Shown piece by piece: positions 35,901 through 47,203 of a stretch of 64,000 nucleotides of DNA (within the stretch, counting starts at the first letter, position 1; each line of letters starts with the position of its first letter). The stretch lies in assembly GCA_965240325.2 (NCBI GenBank), contig OZ251222.1, forward strand, positions 4,216,001 through 4,280,000. Reading direction: 5' to 3'. Source of the DNA: Rebecca billardiae RCC1528 (Eukaryota; Protista; Haptophyta). A program made the position numbers and the translations under genes. The notes under the pieces were generated by a model that did not search any database, was not told where the DNA came from, and was given only the letters and a program-made list of their open reading frames with translations.

Positions 35901-38900
35901 GCACCGGTGGCGGCGGGCTTGGCGGCGGGGACGGCGGCGGGGACGGCGGCGGGCTTGGTGGCGGGCTCGGCGGTGACGGCGGCGGGAACGGCAGGGCGCG
36001 CGGCGGCGGTGGCGGCGATGGCGGCGTTGGAGGCGGTGGGCTCGGTGGCGGGCTCGGCGGAGGGCCTGGCGGTGGGCTCGGCGGCGGGAAGGGCGGCGGC
36101 TCCGGCGGAGGCGGAGACGGCCTCGGTGGTGGCGGCGGTGGAAACGGGATCACGCGCGGCGGCGGCGGCGGCAGTGGCGGCGGCGATGGTGGTGGACTGG
36201 GCGGCGGTGACGGGGGCGGCGACGGTGGCAGGGCGGGTGGCGGCGAGGGCGGCGGGCTCGGCGGCGGGCTCGGCGGCGGGCTCGGAGGCGGTGGGCTCGG
36301 CGGCGGCGAAGGCGGCGGGCTCGGGGGAGGGCTCGGAGCCTCCGGTGGCGGCGAGGGTGGCGGCGACGGCGGCGGAGCCGGCGGCAGCGAGGGCGGCGGC
36401 GAGGGCGGCGGCGAGGGCGGCGGCCGCGGCAACGGCGGCGGCGGGCTGGGTGGCGGCGACGGTGGCGGACTCGGCGGTGGCGAGGGCGGCGGGCTGGGTG
36501 GCGGGCTGGGCGGCGGCGACGGCGGTGGCGCCGGCGGGGGCGGAGAAGGTGGTGGGCTTGGCGGCGGGCTTGGCGGCGGGATGGGTGGCGGGGCCGGGGG
36601 CGGCGAGGGCGGCGGCGAGGGCGGCGGGGACGGCGGCGGCGCAGGCGGCGATGGCGGCGGGAACGGCTCCGCGCGCGGTGGCGGTGGCGGCAGTGGCGGT
36701 GGCGACGGCGGCGGGCTTGGCGGAGGCGACGGCGGCGGCGACGGCGGCGACGCAGGCGGCGGCGGCGATGGTGGCGGGCTCGGCGGGGGCGCGGGCGGCG
36801 ACGACGGCGGCGGGCTCGGCGGCGGGCTCGGCGGCGGGCTCGGCGGCGGCGGGCTGGGCGGCGGCGATGGTGGCGGCGATGGCGGAGGGCTCGGTTCGGA
36901 CGGCGGCGGCGAGGGCGGCGGGGAGGGCGGAGGGCTCGGCGGTGGCGATGGCGGCGGCCGTGGTGGTGACAATGGGGGCGGCGGACTCGGCGGTGGACTC
37001 GGCGGTGGTGACGGTGGGGGCGAGGGCGGCGGTGACGGCGGTGGGGCCGGTGGAGGAGACGGCGGCGGTGCCGGCACTGCCGCTGGCGGTGGCGGGCTCG
37101 GCGGTGGCGATGGCGGCGGGGAGGGTGGTGGCGATGGCGGCGGGCTCGGTGGTGGCACAGGTGGCGGGCTCGGCGGTGGCGATGGCGGCGGAGACGGTGG
37201 TGGCGATGGCGGCGGGCTGGGTGGTGGCGATGGTGGTGGCGACGGGGGTGGGCTCGGCGGTGGTGTCGGTGGCGGTGCTGGCAGCGGCGGAGGCGGGCTC
37301 GGCGGCGGGCTCGGCGGTGGGCTCGGCGGTGGGCCTGGCGGCGGCGATGGTGGCGGCGATGGTGGCGGACTCGGCGGCGGGGACGGCGGCGGAGCCGGTG
37401 GAGGCGACGGCGGTGGCACTGGTGGCGGCGGGCTGGGTGGCGGGCTCGGGGGCGCGCGCGGCGGAGGGCTCGGCGGCGGCGCCGGTGGCGGCGATGGCGG
37501 TGGCGACGGCGGAGGTGACGGTGGTGGCGACGGCGGCGACGGTGGCGGGAACGGCTCCGCGCGCGGCGGCGGCGGCGGCAGTGGTGGCGGAGACGGCGGC
37601 GGGCTCGGCGGTGGCGACGGAGGCGGCTGTGGCGGCGGCGATGGCGGTGGTGGCGAGGGCGGTGGACTCGGTGGCGGGGCGGGAGGCAGCGACGGTGGCG
37701 GGCTCGGTGGCGGGCGGGGCGGCGGGCTCGGCGGCGGGCTCGGCGGTGGCGATGGAGGCGGTTGTGGCGGCGGCGCCGGCGGCGGCGGACTCGGCGGCGG
37801 GCTCGGCGGCGGAGCCGGCGGCCGCGGGCTTGGCGGCGGCGATGGCGGCGGGCTGGGCGGCGGGCTCGGCGCACGCGGGGGCGGCGAGGGCGGCGGGCTT
37901 GGCGGTGGTGAGGGCGGCGGCGAGGGCGGAGGCGACGGCGGTGGGCTCGGCGGCGGGCTTGGCGGTGGTGACGGTGGGGGCGAGGGCGGCGGTGACGGCG
38001 GTGGAGCCGGTGGAGGAGACGGCGGCGGTGCCGGCACTGCCGCTGGCGGTGGCGGGCTCGGCGGTGGCGATGGCGGCGGAGACGGCGGTGGCGACGGTGG
38101 CGGGGACGGCGGTGGCATCGGCGGCGGGCTCGGCGGCGGTGCAGGCGGAGAAGCGGGCGGCGGCGAGGGCGGAGGCGACGGCGGCGCCGCGGGCAGCGGC
38201 GGCGGCGGGCTCGGCGGTGGCGATGGTGGCGGGCTCGGTGGTGGCACCGGTGGCGGGCTCGGCGGCAGCGATGGTGGTGGCGATGGTGGTGGCGACGGGG
38301 GTGGGCTCGGTGGTGGTGTCGGTGGCGGTGCTGGCAGCGGCGGAGGCGGGCTCGGCGGCGGGCTCGGCGGTGGGCTAGGTGGTGGGCTTGGCGGTGGAGA
38401 TGGTGGCGGCGATGGTGGCGGACTCGGCGGCGGGGACGGCGGTGGAGCCGGTGGAGGCGACGGCGGTGGCCGTGGCGGCGGCGGGCTGGGCGGTGGGCTC
38501 GGCGGCGCGCGCGGCGGAGGGCTCGGCGGCGGCGCCGGTGGCGGCGATGGCGGTGGCGACGGCGGAGGTGACGGCGGTGGCGACGGCGGCGACGGTGGCG
38601 GGAACGGCTCCGCGCGCGGCGGCGGCGGCGGCAGTGGTGGCGGAGACGGCGGCGGGCTCGGCGGCGGTGACGGAGGCGGCTGTGGCGGCGGGGATGGCGG
38701 TGGCGGCGATGGCGGTGGGCTCGGCGGCGGAGCAGGTGGCAGCTGCGGTGGCGGGCTCGGTGGCGGGCCCGGCGGCGGGCTCGGCGGCGGGCTCGGCGGG
38801 GGCGATGGTGGCGGCGATGGCGGAGGGCTCGGCGCGAGCGGTGGCGGCGAGGGCGGCGGGCTGGGCGGTGGGAATGGCGGCGGCGACGGCGGCGGGGTCG

Positions 38901-41900
38901 GTGGGAGCGACGGAGGCGGACTCGGCGGCGGGCTCGGTGGCGGAGATGGTGGCGGCACCGGTGGTGGCGGGCTGGGCGGCGGGCTCGGCGGCGGCACCGG
39001 CGGCGGGCTTGGTGGTGGTGCCGGTGGCGGCGCTGGCGGCGGTGACGGCGGCGTCCACGGTGGTGGCGACGGCGGCGGCGACGGCGGCGGCGTTGGCAGC
39101 GGCGGGGGTGGGCTGGGCGGAGGTGATGGTGGCGGCAGAGGCGGGGCCTGCGGAGGCGGGCTCGGCGGCGGAGACGGTGGCGCAGACGGCGGTGGTGATG
39201 GCGGCGGCAGAGGCGGTGGAGAAGGCGGCGGCACAGGCGGCGGTGGGCTCGGCGGCGGGCTCGGCGGCGGCGTGGGCGGCGGGCTTGGCGGCGGCGCAGG
39301 TGGCGACGACGGCGGCGGCGACGGCGGCGGCGATGGCGGCGGCGCTGGCGGCGACGGCGGCGGGAAGGGCTCTGCGCGAGGCGGCGGCGGCGGCAGCGGC
39401 GGCGGAGACGGCGGCGGGCTGGGCGGCGGCGACGGTGGCGGCGACGGTGGCGGGGCAGGCGGCGGTGGCGAGGGCGGTGGGCTCGGTGGCGGGGCCGGCG
39501 GCAAGCCTGGTGGCGGGCTCGGCGGCGGGCTCGGCGGCGGGCTCGGCGGCGGCGGGCTGGGCGGTGGCGATGGAGGAGGGCTAGGCGGCGGGCTCGGTGC
39601 CTGCGGTGGTGGCGACGGTGGCGGGCTCGGCGGTGGCGATGGCGGCGGGGCTGGGGGCGCGGCAGGCGGCGGACTCGGCGGCGGTGCCGGTGGCGGAGAA
39701 GGTGGCGGGGCGGGGACTGCCGCTGGCGGCGGTGGGCTCGGAGGCGGTGACGGCGGCGGGCTCGGCGGCGGCACCGGTGGCTGGCTCGGTGGCGGCGACG
39801 GCGGCGGGCTCGGCGGTGGTGCGGGAGGCGGCGATGGCGGCGGGGCCGGCAGCGGCGGTGGCGGTGACGGCGGCGGGCTTGGCGGCGGGCTTGGCGGCGG
39901 GCTCGGCGGCGGGATCGGCGGCGGGCTCGGCGGTGGCGCCGGTGGCAGGCTCGGAGGCGGTGACGGCGGCGGGATCGGCGGCGGGGCAGGCGGCGGCGAT
40001 GGCGGTGGAGACGGCAGGGGCGGCGGAGGTGACGGCGGCGGGCTCGGCGGGGGCGATGGCGGCGGAGTTGGCGGCGGCGACGGTGGCAGAGCCGGCGGTG
40101 GCGACGGCGGCGGGGTTGGCGGAGGCGACGGCGGCGGCGCCGGTGGCGGCGGGCTCGGCGGTGGGCTCGGCGGCGGGGATGGCGGCGGGCTCGGCGGTGG
40201 CGATGGCGGCGTCGACGGCGGTGGCGATGGCGGCGGCGATGGCGGCGGCGATGGCGGTGACGGCGGCGGGAACGGCTCCGCACGTGGCGGGGGCGGCGGC
40301 AGCGGCGGCGGCGACGGCGGCGGGCTCGGCGGTGGCGATGGTGGCGGCTGTGGTGGTGGAGCGGGCGGGGGCGGAGAGGGCGGCGGGCTCGGCGGTGGCG
40401 CTGGCGGGGCAGACGGCGGCGGACTCGGCGGCGGGCTCGGCGGCGGGCCTGGCGGTGGCGGGCTCGGCGGCGGCGAAGGTGGCGGGCTGGGTGGAGGGTT
40501 TGGTGAGTGTGGCGGTGGCGAGGGCGGTGGGCTTGGAGGTGGCGAGGGCGGCGGGCTGGGCGGTGGCGTGGGAGGCGGGGACGGCGGCGGGGCCGGGGCA
40601 GACACTGGCGGCGGTGGGCTGGGTGGCGGCGACGGCGGCGGGCTGGGCGGTGGCGATGGCGGCGGCACGGGCGGAGGGGACGGCGGCGCCGACGGTGGGG
40701 GCGACGGCGGGGGCGAGGGCGGCTGTGCCGGCAGCGGCGGAGGCGGGCTCGGCGGTGGCGAGGGCGGCGGGCTTGGTGGCAGGCTCGGAGGAGGAGACGG
40801 TGGTGGACTTGGTGGCAGCGAAGGTGGAGGGCTGGGCGGCGGGCTCGGCGGCGGGGACGGCGGCGGCAGTGGCGGCGGCGGGCTCGGCGGTGGGCTTGGC
40901 GGCGGCACCGGTGGCGGGCTCGGTGGCGGCGACGGTGGGGGCGACGGCGGTGGTGACGGTGGCGGCGAGGGCGGCGGCGCGGGCGGCGACGGCGGCGGGA
41001 ACGGCTCCGCGCGCGGCGGCGGCGGTGGCAGCGGCGGCGGGCTCGGCGGCGGGCTCGGCGGCGGCGATGGCGGCGGCTGCGGAGGGGGCGTGGGTGGCGG
41101 AGGCGATGGCGGCGGGCTTGGCGGCGGAGCTGGCGGCAGCCCCGGTGGCGGGCTCGGCGGCGGGCTCGGCGGCGGGCTCGGCGGCGGCGGGCTCGGTGGC
41201 GGCGAAGGGGGCGGGCTCGGCGGCGGACTCGGCGCCTGGGGTGGTGGCGACGGCGGCGGGCTCGGTGGTGGCGATGGCGGCGGCGTAGGTGGCACAGCTG
41301 GGGGCGGGCTCGGCGGTGGTGTCGGTGGCGTCGACGGCGGCTGCGCGGGCGAGGCCGCCGGCGGTGGCGGGCTCGGAGGCGGGGACGGCGGAGGACTCGG
41401 TGGCGGCACCGGTGGCGGGCTCGGCGGAGGAGAAGGTGGCGCCGATGGCGGTGGCGAGGGCGGCGGTGCTGGCGGCGGCGTCGGCAGCGGCGGAGGCGGG
41501 CTTGGTGGCGGGCTCGGCGGCGGGCTCGGCGGCGGGCTCGGCGGCGGGCTCGGCGGCGGGCTAGGCGGCGGGCCCGGCGGCGGGCTAGGTGGCGGGCTCG
41601 GTGGTGGCGATGGCGGCGGGCTCGGCGGTGGCGACGGCGGCGGCACCGGTGGCGGCGGGCTCGGCGGCGGGCTCGGCGGTGGGGATGGCGGCGGGCTTGG
41701 CGGCGGCGAGGGCGGCGGCGAGGGCGGCTGGCCTGGCGGCGGCGATGGAGGCGGCGCGGGCGGCGACGGTGGCGGGAACGGCTCCGCGCGCGGTGGTGGC
41801 GGCGGCAGCGGAGGCGGAGACGGCGGTGGACTGGGTGGTGGCGACGGCGGTGGCGACGGTGGCGGAGTGGGCGGTGGCGGCGAGGGCGGCGGACTCGGCG

Positions 41901-44900
41901 GCGGCGAGGGCGGTGCACTCGGCGGTGGGCTCGGCGGCGGGTGTGGCGGTAGGCCCGGCGGCGGGCTCGGCGGCGGGGACGGTGGTGGACTCGGCGGCGG
42001 CACTGGCGGCGGGCTTGGCGGCAGCGCCGGTGGTGGGGACGGCGGCGGCGTCGGCACGGCCTCTGGCGGCGGTGGGCTTGGGGGTGGGGACGGCGGCGGG
42101 CTGGGTGGCGGCACCGGTGGCGGGCTCGGCGGAGGTGCCGGCGGAGGTGCGGGCGGTGTCGATGGCGGCGGCGACGGCGGCGGTGACGGCGGCGGTGCCG
42201 GTAGCGGCGGCGGCGGGCTCGGCGGTGGTGACGGCGGAGGGCTCGGCGGTGGCGATGGTGGTGGGCTCGGCGGCGGTGACGGTGGCGGTGATGGCGGTGG
42301 CGATGGTGGTGGGCTCGGCGGTGGCGAGGGCGGTGGCGAGGGCGGGGGTGCCGGCAGCGGCGGCGGCGGGCTCGGCGGTGGTGACGGCGGTGGGCTCGGC
42401 GGCGGCGATGGAGGCGGGATCGGTGGCGGCAACGGTGGCGGTGAGGGCGGTGGCAACGGCGGTTGGCTTGGCGGCGGTGACGGTGGCGGCGACGGTGGCG
42501 GCGGACTGGGTGGCGGGCTCGGCGGCGCGAGCGGCGGAGGGCTCGGCGGCGGTGCCGGTGGTGGCGACGGCGGCGGCGACGGCGGAGGTGACGGTGGTGG
42601 CGACGGCGGCGACGGTGGCGGGAACGGCTCCGCGCGCGGTGGCGGCGGCGGCAGCGGCGGTGGAGACGGGAGAGGGCTCGGCGGTGGCGACGGAGGCGGC
42701 GACGGCGGCGGCAATGGCGGCGGCGGCGACGGCGGTGGGCTCGGCGGCGGGCCAGGGGGTGGGCTCGGAGGCGGTCTCGGTGGCGGGTTCGGTGGCTGGC
42801 TCGGCGGTGGCGGGCTCGGCGGGGGCGATGGCGGCGGCGATGGCGGAGGGCTCGGTGCGAGCGGTGGCGGCGACGGCGGCGGGCTGGGCGGTGGGCTCGG
42901 CGGGGGAGACGGCGGCAAAGTTGGCGGTGGGCTCGGGGGCGGCGCCGGTGGCGGCCTTGGCGGCGGCGTGGGCGGCGCAGTCGGCGGCGGACTCGGCGGT
43001 GGCGCCGGAGACGGGGACGGTGGCGGCGCCGGCACAGCTACTGGCGGCGGCGGGCTCGGTGGCGGTGATGGCGGTGGGCTCGACGGCAGCGCCGGTGGCG
43101 GACTCGGCGGTGGTGCCGGCGGCGACAAGGGCGGCGGCGACGGCGGCGGCGACGGCGGTGGTGCCGGCAGCGGCGGCGGCGGGCTCGGCGGTGGTGACGG
43201 CGGTGGGCTCGGCGGCGGCGATGGCGGAGGGCTCGGCGGCGGCAATGGTGGTGGTGATGGCGGTGGCGAAGGGGGCACGCTCGGCGGTGGCGATGGCGGT
43301 GGCAGCGGCGGCGGCGGGCTGGGTGGCGGGCTGGGTGGCGGCACCGGTGGGGGGCTGGGTGGCGGCGCGGGTGGGAGCAACGGCGGCGGCGACGGCGGCG
43401 GCGACGGGGGAGGCGCAGGCGGCGACGGCGGCGGGAAGGGCTCTGCGCGAGGCGGCGGCGGCGGCAACGGCGGGGGGCTCGGAGGCGGCGACGGTGGCGG
43501 CGACGGTGGCGGCTGCGGCGGCGGGGCGGGCGGTGGCGGCGACGGCGGTGGGCTCGGAGGTGGGGCGGGCGGCAACGATGGCGGCGGGCTCGGCGGCGGG
43601 CTCGGCGGCGGAGATGGCGGCGGCGGGCTGGGTGGTGGCGAAGGAGGCGGGCTCGGCGGCGGGCTCGGCGCCTCTGGTGGCGGCGATGGCGGCGGGCTCG
43701 GTGGTGGCGATGGCGGCGGGCTTGGGGGGGGCGCCGGTGGCGGCGACGGCGGCGGCACTGGCACACCCGCCGGCGGTGGCGACGGCGGTGGGCTTGGCGG
43801 CGGTGGTGACGGCGGAGGACTGGGCGGTGGGCTCGGAGGGGGGCTCGGTGGCGGCGTGGGCGGCGGCGGGCTCGGCGGCGGGCTCGGCGGCGGGCTCGGC
43901 GGCGGCACTGGCGGCGGGCTCGGCGGCGGCGATGGAGGCGGCGCCGGCAGCGGCGGCGGTGGGCTCGGCGGTGGCGATGGCGGTGGTGACGGCGGTGGCG
44001 ACGGTGGCACACTCGGTGGTGGCGAGGGCGGTGGAAGCGGAGGCGGCGGACTGGGCGGTGGGCTGGGCGGCGGCTTCGGTGGCGGACTGGGTGGCGGCGA
44101 GGGCGGCAGCGAGGGCGGTGGGGAGGGCGGCGGCGACGGCGGCGGCGCAGGCGGCGACGGCGGCGGGAACGGCTCCGCGCGCGGTGGCGGTGGCGGCAGC
44201 GGCGGCGGCGATGGTGGCGGGCTCGGTGGTGGCGACGGCGGTGGCGACGGCGGTGGCGCAGGCGGAGGAGGCGAAGGAGGCGGGCTCGGCGGCGGAGCTG
44301 GCGGCAGCCCCGGTGGTGGGCTGGGTGGCGGGCTCGGTGGCGGGCTGGGCGGCGGCGGGCTCGGCGGGGGCGAGGGTGGAGGGCTGGGCGGAGGGCTCGG
44401 AGCCTGCGGGGGCGGCGACGGTGGTGGGCTTGGCGGAGGTGATGGCGGCGGGGACGGTGGCGCAGCCGGTGGCGGGCTCGGGGGCGGCGCCGGTGGCGGT
44501 GACGGCGGCGGTGCTGGCACTGCCGCCGGCGGTGGCGACGGCGGCGGGCTCGGAGGCGGTGACGGTGGCGGTGACGGTGGTGGGCTTGGCGGCGGTGCTG
44601 GTGGCGGCGACGGTGGCGGCGACGGCGGCGGTGCCGGCAGTGGCGGCGGCGGGCTCGGCGGTGGCGAAGGTGGCGGAGACGGCGGTGGACTGGGCGGCGG
44701 GCTCGGCGGGGGACTCGGTGGCGGCGTGGGCGGCGGCGGGCTCGGCGGTGGGCTCGGCGGTGGCGATGGTGGTGGTGATGGCGGTGGCGAAGGGGGCACG
44801 CTCGGCGGTGGCGATGGCGGTGGCAGCGGCGGCGGCGGGCTGGGTGGCGGGCTGGGTGGCGGCACCGGTGGGGGGCTGGGTGGCGGCGCGGGTGGGAGCA

Positions 44901-47202
44901 ACGGCGGCGGCGACGGCGGCGGCGACGGCGGTGGCGCGGGTGGCGACGGCGGCGGGAACGGCTCCGCGCGCGGCGGCGGCGGTGGCAGCGGCGGCGGCGA
45001 TGGTGGCGGGCTTGGTGGTGGCGACGGCGGTGGCGACGGCGGTGGCGACGGTGGTGGCGGCGATGGCGGCGGGCTCGGCGGTGGAGCTGGCGGCAGCACT
45101 GGGGGTGGGCTGGGTGGCGGGCTCGGTGGCGGGCTGGGCGGCGGCGGGCTCGGCGGTGGCGATGGCGGTGGACTCGGCACGGGCGACGGCGGCGGAGACG
45201 GCGGTGGACTCGGCGGCGGGGAACGCGCGCCTGCCGGCGGCGGCGGGCTCGGCGGCGGGCTCGGCGGCGGGCTCGGTGGATCCAACGGCGGCGGTGACGG
45301 CGGTGGCGTGGGTGGTGGCGACGGCGGGGGCGAAGGCGGTGGTGACGGCGGGGGCACAGGCAGCGGCGGTGGCGGGCTCGGCGGTGGTGAGGGCGGGGGC
45401 GAGGGTGGCAGCCCCGGCGGTGGGCTGGGTGGCGGGGCTGGTGGCGTTGACGGGGGCGGACTCGGTGGCGGGCTCGGTGGTGGCGACGGCGGTGGTGCTG
45501 GCGGCGGCGGGCTCGGCGGTGGGCTCGGCGGTGGCACTGGCGGCGGGCTCGGCGGCGGAGCTGGCGGCGGAGCTGGCGGTGGCGACGGAGGGGGCGATGG
45601 CGGCGGCGCCGGCGGCGAAGGCGGAGGAAATGGCTCCGCACGTGGCGGCGGAGGCGGCTGGGGTGGAGGCGATGGCGGCGGGCTCGGAGGTGGCGATGGC
45701 GGCGGTGACGGCGGCGGCGAGGGCGGCGGCGGCGACGGCGGCGGCGACGGCGGTGGTGAGGGCGGCGGGGCAGGCGGCGGCGAGGGCGGCGGGCTCGGTG
45801 GCGGGCGAGGCGCGCTCGGCGGAGGGGAAGGTGGTGGCGACGGCGGCGGCGAGGGCGGCGGCGAGGGCGGTGGCGACGGCGGTTGCTGTGGTGGGCTCGG
45901 CGGGGGCGACGGCGGTGGCGACGGCGGGACCGTGGGCGGCGGGGATGGCGGCGGTGACGGCGGCGGCGAGGGCGGCGGGCTCGGTGGCGGTGTCGGCGGC
46001 GGCAACGGCGGTGGTGAGGGCGGCGGGGCAGGCGGCGGCGAGGGCGGCGGGCTCGGTGGCGGGCGCGGCGCGCTCGGCGGAGGGGACGGTGGTGGCGAGG
46101 GCGGCGGCGAGGGCGGCGGCGAGGGCGGCGGCGAGGGCGGCGGCTGTGGTGGGCTCGGCGGGGGCGACGGCGGTGGCGCCGGCGGCACCGTGGGCGGTGG
46201 GGAAGGCGGCGGGGATGGCGGTGACGAGGGCGGCGGGCTCGGTGGCGGTGTCGGCGGCGGCGACGGCGGCGGCGAAGGCGGCGGCGACGGGGGTGGGCTC
46301 GGCGGCGGCACGGGCGGCGGCACGGGCGGCGGTGGGCTCGGCGGCGGGCTCGGCGGCGGCACTGGCGGCGGGCTAGGCGGTGGGCCGGGTGGCGAACTCG
46401 GCGGCGGCGAAGGCGGTGGCGTCGGGGGCGAAGAAGGCGGCGGGCTGGGAGGCGGGAGCGGCGGCGGCGCTGGCGGTTGCGAGGGCGGTGGCGGGCTGGG
46501 CGGCGGCCGCGGGGGCGGGCTGGGCGGCGGCGAGGGCGGGGGCGTCGGCGGCGGCGAGGGCGGTGGCGAGGGCGGCGGCAACGGGGGAGGGCTCGGCGGA
46601 GGCGCGGGCGGCGGGCTCGGCGGCGGCAAGGGTGGCGGCGCCGGCGGTGGGCTTGGTGGTGGGCTCGGCGGCGGCTTCGGCGGCGACGGCGGCGGGAACG
46701 GCTCCGCGCGCGGCGGTGGTGGCGGCTGCGGCGGCGGCGACGGAGGCGGGCTCGGAGGCGGAGAGGGCGGCGGGGCCGGGGGCGGCGAAGGCGGCGGTGA
46801 GGGCGGCGGCGAGGGCGGGGGCAGCGGTGGCGACGGTGGCGGCGACGGTGGCGGCGAGGGCGGCGGGCTGGGCGGCGGGCTGGGCGGCGGTGCCGGGGGT
46901 GGCGCCGGTGGCGGGCTTGGCGGCGGCGAGGGCGGTGGGCTCGGCGTCGGCGAGGGCGGCGGGCTGGGCGGCGGGCTGGGCGGCGGTGACGGCGGCGCCG
47001 ATGGGGGTGGGCTCGGTGGCGGGCTTGGCGGTGGCGCCGGTGGCTGCGCTGGGGGCGGGCTGGGCGGCGGGCTGGGCGGCAATGAAGGTGGCGGTGAGGG
47101 CGGCGGCGAGGGCGGCGGCGGGCTCGGCGGTGGCGACGGTGGCGGTGACGGCGGCGGCGACGGCGGCGGCAGGGGTGGGGGGATTGGTGGCGGGCTCGGC
47201 GG
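1..47202 (-). CDS. Continuation of the same giant SPPP-rich protein including globular module B; ~15,700 codons, 3'-partial
   Basis: All plus-strand Gly-frame shadow ORFs from 14870 to 35867 share one phase and all Ala-frame shadow ORFs from 12 to 41589 share the next, so the minus Pro frame is unbroken. The ORF track has no terminated ORF in this frame below 51286 despite many in-frame GTG codons, implying no stop before the left edge. Manual translation of 21565-25800 gives a paralog of module A in this frame. Confidence 0.85.
10051..18043. repeat. Coding tandem array with an exact 888-bp (296-aa) period, 9 intervals
   Basis: Anchor gaacggct at 10051, 10939, 11827, 12715, 13603, 14491, 15379, 16267, 17155, 18043. 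Confidence 0.9.
21727..21902. repeat. 176-bp near-perfect direct repeat of 59111-59286
   Basis: Base-by-base comparison shows one mismatch (21860 c vs 59244 t); offset 37,384 bp. Confidence 0.9.
22012..22185 (-). other. Dockerin-like domain, module B
   Basis: GDVSGDAVLTSYDVRVLSQYVAG…LDPTLDGSTSAGDVLYLLLAVAG. Confidence 0.7.
22345..22743 (-). other. Cohesin-like domain 2, module B
   Basis: GSTVSVPVRIHTGSAAVYAYNFQIEIEIDSAALLASAC…LVTIVG…VGTVTFSV; the G.tVsVPV start is typical of cohesins. Confidence 0.55.
23700..25540 (-). other. TMEM132-like ectodomain core, module B
   Basis: SASC…GECAASVPSGWFS; LRVWVPL…TLHPISG…C…FQS…VDVT; LLSAEG…YAALSDGSV; GYLLEA…GCGAALASG. Confidence 0.6.
24800..25200 (-). 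other. Cohesin-like domain 1, module B
   Basis: AVFPGDTLDVALSAHTGGFALKAFQLSASYNASYLSFVS…ALITLTLRL. Confidence 0.6.
28600..38400. repeat. Higher-order coding duplications, three copies with offsets of ~3.2 and ~4.1 kb
   Basis: Unique markers recur: aacgggatcacgcg at ~28847, ~32027, ~36143; ggttgaggaggtggcgcc at ~30509 and ~34649; ggagcctccggt at ~29039, ~32219, ~36335. Confidence 0.8.
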
Positions 47203-47203
47203 G

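Noticed and set aside
46373-47200. Ala/Thr-rich C-terminal tail of the 5550-aa ORF as a real terminus or anchor
   Set aside because: It has the same composition as other shadow frames and begins exactly at the 1-nt indel, while the SPPP/RAEPF pattern continues in the adjacent frame.
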